64,000 bases of DNA from NCBI GenBank assembly GCA_022072405.1, contig JAJVHX010000017.1, positions 64,141 through 128,140 on the forward strand, read 5' to 3'. The stretch comes from Phycisphaerae bacterium (GTDB taxonomy: Bacteria; Planctomycetota; Phycisphaerae; UBA1845; CAIVHJ01). Below the pieces are notes generated by a model. It worked only from the letters and a program-made list of their open reading frames with translations, was not told where the DNA came from and ran no database searches. This document shows positions 36,362 to 46,835 of this stretch, piece by piece (the stretch's first letter is position 1; the number at the start of each line of letters is the position of its first letter). The position numbers were made by a program, and so were the translations under genes.

Positions 36362-37393
36362 TTGATACGGGCATTGAGTTTGGCGGTACTGGCCGGCGGC
36401 TGGGGCGTTGCATCAGTGCAGGCCGATGATATTCGCTCCAGCGAGGGAGAATTCCGTCGCGCCACGATCCGCGGATTTGATGGCGAATTTGTCATTTATA
36501 ACAACGCCGCCGGCGAAGCCCAGGCAGCGAGAATTACCGATATACAGCAGCTCATAGTCGACAGCACGGATGGTCTGGATAATTTTAATCGCGGTGAAAA
36601 ACACTTTTTTGACAAGAAATATTCCGAGGCGGCTACACAATACAAACAATCACTGGGGCGCGCCCGTGGGTTCTGGAAAAATCTGTGCTGGGCGCGCTAT
36701 CTGCAGGCCAGCGAGCGGGCGGGGCAACTGGATCAGGCGGTGGAAGCCTTCCTTTTTCTGCTCAACGCGCTGCCGGAAAAAGCATCGGCACTGATTCCGG
36801 TAAATATTACAGGGGCCACTCCGGAAGTCCGTCAGAAGGCGTTGAATCTGCTGGCTGAGGAACTGGCCAAAGCCGCAAACAGTAACGTCTACTGGGAACT
36901 GGAAACGCTGCGATTGACGATTCTGGAGGAAGTGGACAGCAAGGAGGCCGGACGCATCGCTAATGAGATCTTCGAGAAGGCTCGGCGCGACGGGCAGGTG
37001 ACAACTCAATATCGCCCCATGATCCTGGTCGTCCAGGTGGAGATGAAGCACCAGCAATATGCCTCCGCCCGTGATCACATTAATGAATTGATTCCGGCGG
37101 TGGAGGATCGATATTTGCCGGAATTGCTTTTTCAAAAGGGACAGTGTGTCTTCGCGCTAGCCAAAGATCGGAATGATTATTATCAGGCCGGTCTGGTATT
37201 TATGCGCGTCACCATTCATTTTCCCAAGAGTCGCTTTGCAGCTCCCAGTCTGTACTGGACGGGACAGGTGCATGAAAAAATTGAACGGCCTGCGAAAGCG
37301 GTGGAACTATACCAGGCGTGCCTGGAGATCGCCGGAGCAGACGAATCCATCAAAAAACAAGCCCAGGAGGCTTTGAGTCGACTGCGGCCATAG
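36362..37393 (+). CDS. secreted helical/TPR-like repeat protein
   Basis: The ORF is open from 36275 but overlaps the vWA gene. The TTG at 36362 lies 5 nt after the vWA stop and gives a signal peptide LIRALSLAVLAGGWGVASVQA. TPR-like helical pairs follow (YSEAATQYKQSLGRARG..., YQAGLVFMRV...). The start is uncertain. Confidence 0.6.
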   Translation: MIRALSLAVLAGGWGVASVQADDIRSSEGEFRRATIRGFDGEFVIYNNAAGEAQAARITDIQQLIVDSTDGLDNFNRGEKHFFDKKYSEAATQYKQSLGRARGFWKNLCWARYLQASERAGQLDQAVEAFLFLLNALPEKASALIPVNITGATPEVRQKALNLLAEELAKAANSNVYWELETLRLTILEEVDSKEAGRIANEIFEKARRDGQVTTQYRPMILVVQVEMKHQQYASARDHINELIPAVEDRYLPELLFQKGQCVFALAKDRNDYYQAGLVFMRVTIHFPKSRFAAPSLYWTGQVHEKIERPAKAVELYQACLEIAGADESIKKQAQEALSRLRP

Positions 37394-37430
37394 AACAGAT
37401 ATCAGCGGCTCGGAACGGCCCTGAGCCGCC

Positions 37431-38303
37431 ATGGGAGGATGCATGTTCGCAACAATATCACGACGAAGGCGTTTATTCTTGTGCAGCTTGCTGCTGGGCT
37501 GGGCTGGTTGTTTTGTGCTGCCCGCGATGGCTCAGAACAATCCACCGGCCAATCCGCTCCAGAAAAAAGAACTTAAAACCAGCGCTTTTGATCAATATGT
37601 GACCGGCGGCGGCTGGATCACCTATTTCGTGCTGATACCGCTTTCATTCCTGATGACCGGACTGAGTATTGAGCATTTTCTCAATATTCGGCGGGGCACG
37701 CTGATGCCGGATGAACTGAAGGCTTCGCTGGTGCAGTTGATACAGGAGCGGCGGTACAAAGAAGTGGTCGAGACGACTGCGCAGCATCCCAGTATGCTGG
37801 CTGGGGTTATTCACGCGGGTTTAACGCAAGCCAACTCCGGACTGGCTGCCATGGAACGGGCCATGGAAGAAGTGCTGGAACTCCGTGCTGCGGTATTGTT
37901 TCGTCATATAGAGTATCTGAATGTCATCGCCAATGTCAGCCCGATGATTGGACTGTTCGGAACCGTGGTCGGCATGATTCAGGTCTTCAGCACGATTAAA
38001 CAAATGGGTGGCCAGCCGGATGCGGTTGAACTGGCGGGGGGTATCGCTGTTGCTCTGATTACGACGTTTTGGGGTTTGCTGATCGCCATTCCAGCGTTGT
38101 CGATCTTCCACATCATGCGCAATCGAATTGATGCGCTGCTGGCGGAATGTGCCGAAGAGGCCGAGCAATTGCTGCAGGTCTTCCGGCCGATGGGTCGCGG
38201 AGGATTGACTCCCGTCAAGGAAACACCCAAAAAGCCGGCGGCTGCCGAACCGAGCGGACTGGTCGGCCAGAGCGGAACACCTTCCGCCAATTCGCCTGCA
38301 TGA
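37431..38303 (+). CDS. exbB: MotA/TolQ/ExbB-family proton channel
   Basis: N-terminal signal-like segment, then the ExbB core: IEYLNVIANVSPMIGLFGTVVGMIQVF, GGIAVALITTFWGLLIAIPALSIFHIMRNRID. Confidence 0.85.
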   Translation: MGGCMFATISRRRRLFLCSLLLGWAGCFVLPAMAQNNPPANPLQKKELKTSAFDQYVTGGGWITYFVLIPLSFLMTGLSIEHFLNIRRGTLMPDELKASLVQLIQERRYKEVVETTAQHPSMLAGVIHAGLTQANSGLAAMERAMEEVLELRAAVLFRHIEYLNVIANVSPMIGLFGTVVGMIQVFSTIKQMGGQPDAVELAGGIAVALITTFWGLLIAIPALSIFHIMRNRIDALLAECAEEAEQLLQVFRPMGRGGLTPVKETPKKPAAAEPSGLVGQSGTPSANSPA

Positions 38304-38336
38304 TGTTTACTCCTGAATCAGGAGCTGCGCTGAATA

Positions 38337-38798
38337 ATGGCATTGAAAGCACCCAGCCAATCGTCTAATAAAGGCTCTCTGCAGGTCAATCTGACCCCGA
38401 TGATTGATTGTGTATTTTTATTGATCATTTTTTTTGTAACCGTCAGTCGTTATATTTCGGCGGAGAATATCAACATTGTTCTCCCCAATCCGCAATATAG
38501 CCTGGCCCAGCCGATCGAACTGCCGGATCGTACCGTATTGAACTGCCAGTTCATCCCCGACTCAGAAGATGGAAATACCGGTACTGTGCATTATCAGCTG
38601 GGTGCGACCATCATTACTGATCTGGATGATTTACAGGCTCGTCTGCAGCAAATCCGGCAGGATCGACCGGATGTGCAGATTGTGGTGCGTGCCGATCGTC
38701 GCCTGGAATATCAATATATTCGCGATGCCATGATGTGCATTGCCAAAGCCAATATCAAGAATATGAATATTGCAGCGGAGCTGGCGGAACGACAATGA
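38337..38798 (+). CDS. exbD: ExbD/TolR-family protein 1
   Basis: VNLTPMIDCVFLLIIFFV (TM with conserved Asp), then a periplasmic domain ...VVRADRRLEYQYIRDAM. Confidence 0.85.
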   Translation: MALKAPSQSSNKGSLQVNLTPMIDCVFLLIIFFVTVSRYISAENINIVLPNPQYSLAQPIELPDRTVLNCQFIPDSEDGNTGTVHYQLGATIITDLDDLQARLQQIRQDRPDVQIVVRADRRLEYQYIRDAMMCIAKANIKNMNIAAELAERQ

Positions 38799-39319
38799 CA
38801 CCTACCGGCCAACACCATCCTGATGAAACCGTTCACTACGAAGCCCCGCGCAAAAAGCGTGCCAAGGAAGAAGCTTCGATGTCGGTCAACCTGACGCCAG
38901 CGATCGATATCACCTTCAATCTGCTGATTTTTTTCGTGGTCGGCACTACGTTCGCCAAAGTTGAGGGATTATTGCCTTCTGCCTTGCCCAGCGTAGAAGG
39001 GGTAGTGCAGGCTACTCCGCTGCCGGTCAGCCCGATTAAAATTCGATTGAAGCAGGTGGGTGACGGGCCGGGCGATTACCAGTTACGCATCGATCAATGG
39101 CGACAACCGCCGGAAAGTTTTGAAGAACTGACCGTCATCCTGGAGGATTTTCTGAACAAACCCGGTTTTAACCGGGACACACCGGTGATCATCTACGCCG
39201 AGAAAAAAGTGCGTTGGAACCATGTGGTCAACTGTTTCAATGCCATTCGCCGGGTGCGCTGGAGTCTGCCGGGAGAAGAAGGATTCAAGAACATCTCTTT
39301 TGCCATAGGTACCTTGTAG
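38795..39319 (+). CDS. exbD: ExbD/TolR-family protein 2
   Basis: The ATG at 38795 overlaps the upstream TGA (ATGA). VNLTPAIDITFNLLIFFVVG has the conserved Asp. ...VIIYAEKKVRWNHVVNCFNA. Confidence 0.8.
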   Translation: MTPTGQHHPDETVHYEAPRKKRAKEEASMSVNLTPAIDITFNLLIFFVVGTTFAKVEGLLPSALPSVEGVVQATPLPVSPIKIRLKQVGDGPGDYQLRIDQWRQPPESFEELTVILEDFLNKPGFNRDTPVIIYAEKKVRWNHVVNCFNAIRRVRWSLPGEEGFKNISFAIGTL

Positions 39320-39330
39320 GATCGTGCATA

Positions 39331-42069
39331 GTGGGAATGTTGATGGTTATTGGTTGTAGTCTGGTGCTGGCGGCAGGCGAACCGGAAAATGATCGCCTGC
39401 CCAATGACACCTTTCGCCGCGGGTTGAAGCAGTATGGGCTGAATGATCTACTGGATTATTATGTTCAGCAGTTTCCGCCCGGGGATCCGATCGAAGCGGC
39501 GCTCCTGGCCCGTGAGCTGAAGTTGAATATTTACGCGGATCCGTCGGTTCCGGCTGCCGAACGAATGACCGCCGCCCGCGAAGCCCATGCGCTCCTGCAG
39601 CAATTGCTCCAGGCCAACCCCGATCATCCTCAACGCTATACCTGGCAGTTGGATCTGGCCCGTGATTTGATCGATCGTCAGGCCGAACCCTTTTATAACA
39701 ATATTCTCTATCGTGGAGGCAGCAGTGCCGACCGCGAGCAGTTACGACAGTTGACCACGGCGGCGCTGGCGATTTACGACCGACTGATCGCCGAACTGAC
39801 CAGGGCGGTCGCGGGTATTGATGACTTGTCGATTCAGGAATTTGAACGACTGGCCAAGATTGGCTACATCGAACAAGTCGAAAATCTATTGCCCAAAACG
39901 CGCTACTTCCATTGCTGGGCCCGCTATTACCATGCCCTGACCCTGTCTGCAGACGATCCGGAACGAGCCAATATTCTGCAGCAGGTGCTCCTCTACCTGC
40001 AGGATGAGTCCAAGCTGACCACGATCGAACATGAAACCTCGCACTATCAGGCCCAGTCATTGCTGCTGGCGGGCATGACTTCTCGACTGCTGAATAACGT
40101 TGATCAGACGGAACAATATCTGTCGCAGGCGGCCAATATCGTCAGCAATCTTCCCGATTTTGCCGAACGCTATAATCTCCGCTGGGTTCAGGTGCTGGCG
40201 GGTCTGGAGCGAATTAAGAACTTTCGGGATAACGGCCGTTATGATCAAGCCCTGCAACTGGTCACCCGTCAGCGGGAAGAGTTGCCCAAGGACACGGCGA
40301 GTGGCTTTGCCGTGCGCTTCGCCCTGGCTTTATTGGAAGGAACCGTTTACTCAGCCCAGGCGGCTGCTCTGCCCGACAGTGATACTCAGCAACGACAGCA
40401 GTTATTGTTGCAGTCACGTGCTCCTCTGATTGCTCTGGCTCGTGCCTTTCCGAAATATCAGGATCAGATTTACGATACACTCTATGACTTGCTGGGAAAT
40501 ATTACCGACCCATCCAGACTCGATTCTTTTGAAAAGAATATTTATATTTCCGGTCTGCTGCGTCAGGCCCATGACCTGCAGAATCAAATTAATACTGCCG
40601 GTGAGGCCTCGGCGGTTAAGGACAAATTGAATACCTCCAAGCGCGATCTGATCACCAGGGCCCGCCGGACGGCCGAACTCCTGTTGAACGAAGATACTCC
40701 CTTGGCCCGTGAAATTCGCCCGGAGGTACGGTTTAATCTGGCCGTTTGCCATTATGAGCTGGATGAAACGATTGCAGCGATTACTGATTTTGCCCGTGTC
40801 GCCAATGAACACCCGGATTTTGAGCGCAGCGAAATGGCGGCTCAATATGCCGTTCGGCTGGCTGAATCCATTTATTTGCCCAGTCAGGATCCGTTGCGCA
40901 ACCAGTTGCGTCCCCATTATCTGTTGGCGCTACAAACGCTGCTGGAACGATTCCCCACAACGGATATTGCTCAACAACATCGTTTTGCCTTCGCCCGGGC
41001 CTTACAGGAAGCCGGCAATTTTACGGAAGCCGCACAGCAATACAGTCGCGTCAACCCGGACGATCCGCAGTACGTAGAAAGTCTGTATCGTATTCCGGAG
41101 TGTGATCTGGAAGTACTACGTCAGAAAGTTACTCAAGGAGTTGGTGCGGAGATCATCAACCAGGCCCGGTTGACGCTGGATGGCGCACAACGCTTCCGCG
41201 ACAAATTGACCACGATCAAATTGCCTGCTGGTTCGACGTTAAAAGAGGAATCGCTGCTGATCAGCGCGGAAGCGTACTTGCTCAAAACCCCGGCAGAACC
41301 CGCGCAAACAATAACCATGCTGGACCAGATGAATACCGACAGCCAGGAACATCTGGCGCTTCTGGGCCGTTCGTTGCGTTTGCAAATTCTGGCTTTGCAG
41401 GCGTTGGGACAGTCAGAGGAAGCCGCCCGCATCATTCCTGAGTATGTGCAACGCGACCCACAGTCTGCCGGGGCGACTTTATCCAGCCTGCTCGAAACGC
41501 TGAAGAAAGAACACCAGCAATCTCTCGCGAAGGCTGATACGGAACTATCTCGGACCAAGGCAGCGGACGCTTTGCTTGTCGCCCGACAACTTGCTGAATG
41601 GGCCAATCAACCAACAGTCTCTTTGGAGGAGAGCGCCCGGGTTGCCTTTCGGCTCGAGCTGGCCGAGGCTTTGCTACGAACCACCAGTTCAACCGATGCA
41701 CAAGAAGCCCTTAATCTGTTACAGTCGATAGTCAGCGTTGAAGAAAAAAACCAACCCGATGGCCGATGTCGGAATGGCCGGGCTTTGATGGGACTGGCTG
41801 ATGCTCATTTTGCCTTGCAGCAGTATGAACCGGCCTTGAAGTTATACAGTCGTATATTTCAGGAATCGGTGGAAAACACCGATTTATGGTGGCGGGCGTT
41901 TCTGCGCGACATTGAATGCCGGTTGCATCTGAAATCGCCGCCGGATACTCTTTATAGTCTATTGAAACAGAAGGAATATCTTTATCCGGAATTGGGGGGG
42001 GCAGCGATTGCCGGTGAATTTCATCGTCTGGAGCAACTTCTGCAACCGACTCCCACATCCAAGCCATGA
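39331..42069 (+). CDS. large (about 910 aa) TPR/helical-repeat protein, probable lipoprotein
   Basis: The start at GTG 39331 or ATG 39337 lies just after the ExbD stop at 39319. N-terminus MLMVIGCSLVLAAG has a lipobox-like VIGC. All-helical repeat sequence throughout. The stop overlaps the miaB ATG. Confidence 0.7.
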   Translation: MGMLMVIGCSLVLAAGEPENDRLPNDTFRRGLKQYGLNDLLDYYVQQFPPGDPIEAALLARELKLNIYADPSVPAAERMTAAREAHALLQQLLQANPDHPQRYTWQLDLARDLIDRQAEPFYNNILYRGGSSADREQLRQLTTAALAIYDRLIAELTRAVAGIDDLSIQEFERLAKIGYIEQVENLLPKTRYFHCWARYYHALTLSADDPERANILQQVLLYLQDESKLTTIEHETSHYQAQSLLLAGMTSRLLNNVDQTEQYLSQAANIVSNLPDFAERYNLRWVQVLAGLERIKNFRDNGRYDQALQLVTRQREELPKDTASGFAVRFALALLEGTVYSAQAAALPDSDTQQRQQLLLQSRAPLIALARAFPKYQDQIYDTLYDLLGNITDPSRLDSFEKNIYISGLLRQAHDLQNQINTAGEASAVKDKLNTSKRDLITRARRTAELLLNEDTPLAREIRPEVRFNLAVCHYELDETIAAITDFARVANEHPDFERSEMAAQYAVRLAESIYLPSQDPLRNQLRPHYLLALQTLLERFPTTDIAQQHRFAFARALQEAGNFTEAAQQYSRVNPDDPQYVESLYRIPECDLEVLRQKVTQGVGAEIINQARLTLDGAQRFRDKLTTIKLPAGSTLKEESLLISAEAYLLKTPAEPAQTITMLDQMNTDSQEHLALLGRSLRLQILALQALGQSEEAARIIPEYVQRDPQSAGATLSSLLETLKKEHQQSLAKADTELSRTKAADALLVARQLAEWANQPTVSLEESARVAFRLELAEALLRTTSSTDAQEALNLLQSIVSVEEKNQPDGRCRNGRALMGLADAHFALQQYEPALKLYSRIFQESVENTDLWWRAFLRDIECRLHLKSPPDTLYSLLKQKEYLYPELGGAAIAGEFHRLEQLLQPTPTSKP

Positions 42070-43544
42070 AAACCAAATCCCTCTATCTCGAAACCATCGG
42101 CTGCCAGATGAACGTGCTGGACAGCGAGCTGGTGCTCGGCCAACTGGTCAAACTGGGTTATCAACCCGCCGCCAGCGCCCAGCAGGCTGACGTGGTACTG
42201 TTCAACACCTGCAGTGTGCGCGAGCATGCTGAAGACAAAGTGCTTTCCAGACTGGGTCAACTCAAACAGGCCAAGCAGCAGCGTCCTGAAATGATCGTCG
42301 GCGTGATCGGCTGTATGGCGGAAAGGGATCCGCAGGGGATAACCCGGCTGATGCCGCACGTCGATCTGATCTGCGGACCAGGACAATTGAACCATATACC
42401 GGCCATGCTGCAGGCGGTTGAAGAGACGCGCGAACCTCAGACCCTGGTTGGCCGGGAACATTCCCGCAAACTCGATCCTGCACAGCGCTCCCTGCAGCAA
42501 TATGATTCGCTGGAAGCTCTGGACCTGGCCCGTCAACTGCAACCCGGAACCAACAGGCTGCAAGCCTATATTCGTGTTCAACGAGGCTGCGATAAGTTCT
42601 GCACGTTCTGCGTGGTGCCCTTTACCCGCGGTCCGGAGCGCAGCCGTCCTCCTGCGGTCCTGGTTGATGAAGCCCGCCGCCTGATCGATCAGGGTACGGT
42701 CGAGATTACCCTGCTGGGCCAGACCGTTAACAGTTATGCCCATCAGGAAGATGACCGGCGAGTGACTTTCAGTGAACTGCTGTCACGGATTCATGATATC
42801 CCCGGATTGCAACGGTTGCGCTTCGTCACCAGCCATCCCGGTGATTTCGGGGATGACATTCTGCAGGTCATGCGTGATCTGCCCAGAATGTGCGAATATC
42901 TGCATTTACCGGCACAGAGCGGATCAAATTCCGTGCTGCAGCGGATGAAGCGGCAATATTGTATTGAGGAATATATCGATCTGGTTCATCGGGCCCGCGA
43001 GTATGTACCCGATATTCAACTGGCGGGGGATTTCATCGTCGGGTTCAGCGGTGAATCCGACGCTGAGTATGCGGAGTCGGTTAAACTGGTTCAGCACGTG
43101 CAATATAAAAACATTTTCTGTTTCAAGTATTCTGAACGACCGGGCACAGCGGCAGCCCGCAATCTGCCGGATGATGTACCCGACGAATTGAAGCGTCGTC
43201 GTAACGTGGAACTGCTCCGGGTTCAGGAAAAAATTGCCGCCCGCAACAACCATCAGTTTCTGGGTCGAACGGTTGAAGTCCTGGTAGAAGGTTACAGCAA
43301 AGCCGCTCGCAAGGCACAGGAATCCGAGCAGTCGCGTGGTGCAGAGGTGGGCTGGCGACGCAGCGATCAGCTGGTCGGACGGACGCGCGGTGATCATATC
43401 GTGGTTTTTCCCGGCGGCCCGGAGTTGATCGGGCAGCTGTTCAAGGTGCAGATCATCGGCAGCACGGCGTTGACCCTGCACGCGACTATGCAAACAGGGC
43501 CAGTCACCTCATCGCTGCTGACACCGCTGACCCTCAAACATTGA
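42066..43544 (+). CDS. miaB: tRNA-2-methylthio-N6-dimethylallyladenosine synthase
   Basis: LETIGCQMNVLDSE, FNTCSVREHAE, radical-SAM CDKFCTFCVVP, C-terminal TRAM-like domain. Confidence 0.93.
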   Translation: MKTKSLYLETIGCQMNVLDSELVLGQLVKLGYQPAASAQQADVVLFNTCSVREHAEDKVLSRLGQLKQAKQQRPEMIVGVIGCMAERDPQGITRLMPHVDLICGPGQLNHIPAMLQAVEETREPQTLVGREHSRKLDPAQRSLQQYDSLEALDLARQLQPGTNRLQAYIRVQRGCDKFCTFCVVPFTRGPERSRPPAVLVDEARRLIDQGTVEITLLGQTVNSYAHQEDDRRVTFSELLSRIHDIPGLQRLRFVTSHPGDFGDDILQVMRDLPRMCEYLHLPAQSGSNSVLQRMKRQYCIEEYIDLVHRAREYVPDIQLAGDFIVGFSGESDAEYAESVKLVQHVQYKNIFCFKYSERPGTAAARNLPDDVPDELKRRRNVELLRVQEKIAARNNHQFLGRTVEVLVEGYSKAARKAQESEQSRGAEVGWRRSDQLVGRTRGDHIVVFPGGPELIGQLFKVQIIGSTALTLHATMQTGPVTSSLLTPLTLKH

Positions 43545-43566
43545 ACCATTGAACGAGGAATCATAT

Positions 43567-43893
43567 ATGGGTAGTGCTAGCGCGTATGCTGCTGAACCGG
43601 CGCAGGCTCAACAATCGCGAAAACAACCGCGCTATCAGGTGATCCTCGTTAATGACGATGATCATACTTATGATTACGTGATGGAGATGGTGCGGCGGTT
43701 GTTTGGTTATGCCCGGGAAATGGCCTATCAACTGGCTTATGAAGTGGATCACACCGGTCGGGTCATCCTCGACACCACGACGCTGGAACGCGCCGAATTT
43801 AAGCGTGATCAGATTCATGCTTATGGCCGAGATTGGCGCATCGCTCGTTGTCAGGGCAGTATGCTGGCGGAGATTCAGGCGGTGGAAGATTGA
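43567..43893 (+). CDS. clpS: ATP-dependent Clp protease adaptor ClpS
   Basis: YQVILVNDDDHTYDYVMEMVRRLFG...AYQLAYEVDHTGRVIL. The ATG at 43567 has GAGGAA 7 nt upstream. Confidence 0.9.
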   Translation: MGSASAYAAEPAQAQQSRKQPRYQVILVNDDDHTYDYVMEMVRRLFGYAREMAYQLAYEVDHTGRVILDTTTLERAEFKRDQIHAYGRDWRIARCQGSMLAEIQAVED

Positions 43894-44405
43894 ACTACGG
43901 ATTCATTGCTGACGCCCGCAGCTTTCCGGGCAAAGGTCAAAATCGCGAAAATAATCAGACTGATGGAAATGATCGCCAGCAACTGGCGTGAGGTGTTGTT
44001 GCTGTAGACATGCGCCAGTTCTGCCGGATAAATGGTTCGCACCCACTGCGGAAACGTGTCCGGAATGGATGGCATCGAGTTTTGAGCTGCAGGCGGAACG
44101 ACCGGTAAAGCCTGACCAACCACCCGCACCTCGCCGGGCATTTGATAGCCTAATTCACGCTGGGCCAGACGAGCGTTCAGTAATGGATCACTGCGTAATG
44201 CTTCCAGTAATTTGTGTTGCTGGGTAATCTGTTGTTCCAGCTCGGCGGTGCGCATCTGTTCACGGCGCTCCACGGCGGCCAGTTGCCCCAGCGCGTTAAT
44301 GGGCGGCACCAGGAAGCAGGGTAAAGCGACCGCCACACCCATGCCCGCCAGCAGCCAGAACATCAGCACGTGCGAAATCGGTTCCACCGCGACCTTGTCA
44401 GTCAT
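43875..44405 (-). CDS. septum-formation-initiator-like (FtsB/DivIC family) membrane protein
   Basis: The ATG at 44405 has AAGGAG upstream, 22 nt after the eno stop. TM segment LMFWLLAGMGVAVALPCFLV, then a coiled coil (RREQMRTAELEQQITQQHKLLEALRSDPLLNARLAQRELGY). The eno-ftsB neighbourhood is common in bacteria. Confidence 0.5.
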   Translation of the reverse strand: MTDKVAVEPISHVLMFWLLAGMGVAVALPCFLVPPINALGQLAAVERREQMRTAELEQQITQQHKLLEALRSDPLLNARLAQRELGYQMPGEVRVVGQALPVVPPAAQNSMPSIPDTFPQWVRTIYPAELAHVYSNNTSRQLLAIISISLIIFAILTFARKAAGVSNESVVQSSTA

Positions 44406-44427
44406 CCCTGACTCCTTGCGCCTCCGG

Positions 44428-45783
<1,356 letters not shown>

Positions 45784-45867
45784 TCAGCTTTTCTGCCTTC
45801 TGCTGACCAACGGGCTGTTGAAAGTCTGATTAAACCCGAACAGATGATGACTGACAACACAATATTT

Positions 45868-45958
45868 GGTACAGGTAAAGTTTGAACCAAAATTCAAACC
45901 CACCATATTGAAAACCGCTCCCTTACGGTCGCGGCTCGGTGAAACTTTACCAGTACCT
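45868..45958 (+). repeat. MITE-like palindromic element, copy B
   Basis: Terminal inverted repeats GGTACAGGTAAAGTTTGAACC ... GGTGAAACTTTACCAGTACC. The 40-nt core is identical to copy C. Flanked by direct AATATTT at 45861-45867 and 45959-45965. Confidence 0.8.
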
Positions 45959-46199
45959 AATATTTAGAGGTTGTTGACTGTGCAGACTTAACTAACCTGG
46001 AAATACAACAACACCAGACAGTCTGTCCGCCTTGGTTTCGTTATGTTAAGCCAGCCATGATGTTACGGCATAATCTGGTTCATCATAACCCTTCGGTCAA
46101 GGTAAAATGATTTCCAGCAAATATCACCCTGAGTCTTGCGAATACCTCAACATGGGATGGCACTGGTTTGACTACCACCGGAAAGATGGAGGATCCGCC

Positions 46200-46835
46200 A
46201 TGACTCGGCCCGAAGGAAATATGATCGTTCATAAGCGTATGTCATTTTTAAGTTCGCTGGTCTGGGGCATCTGTTCACTGTTGATCATCACCATATTGTC
46301 AACGGTGGGTTTGGTGGTCTACGTGCTGCATGTGGCCGACCATAAGACGGATGGTGTCATAGCCTTTGTTCGCGAAATCGGTGCTGATCTTCCGGCAGTC
46401 ACCCGTTCCATTCCAATCGTGGCAGATGTTCTCAATGATCAACGCCAACCCGATTACCTAAAACAATTGCAGGTCAGTGTCACTCTGGCCAGTGATCCAC
46501 ACCATCCCCAGCAGACCGTGCCGGTCATGACCATTCAGAATAACGGCACGGAGATGGTCACGTTCCTGAGTATGCGCATGGTTGTTCTGAACAATCAGAA
46601 TCATCAACCGGTTCAGGATTGCGTCAGCTACCTGGCTACACCCTTTGCGGCAGAGCGAGATATTCCCGGACCGCTCATGCCCGGAGCGACGCGACAGATT
46701 GCACTGCAGGATTGTCGCACCGACCCTGGAGATTTGCAGGCAGAATACGAAATTACGGATATCCGCACCTGGCAGCGGGAATCCCAGCCTGCAGAACGGG
46801 CGACCACCAGCCTGTCAGCCAACATCAATCAGTAG
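46200..46835 (+). CDS. hypothetical membrane-anchored protein
   Basis: The ATG at 46200 has GGAGGA 6 nt upstream. TM segment FLSSLVWGICSLLIITILSTVGLVVYVL. No recognised motif. The ORF track starts at 46107. Confidence 0.5.
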   Translation: MTRPEGNMIVHKRMSFLSSLVWGICSLLIITILSTVGLVVYVLHVADHKTDGVIAFVREIGADLPAVTRSIPIVADVLNDQRQPDYLKQLQVSVTLASDPHHPQQTVPVMTIQNNGTEMVTFLSMRMVVLNNQNHQPVQDCVSYLATPFAAERDIPGPLMPGATRQIALQDCRTDPGDLQAEYEITDIRTWQRESQPAERATTSLSANINQ

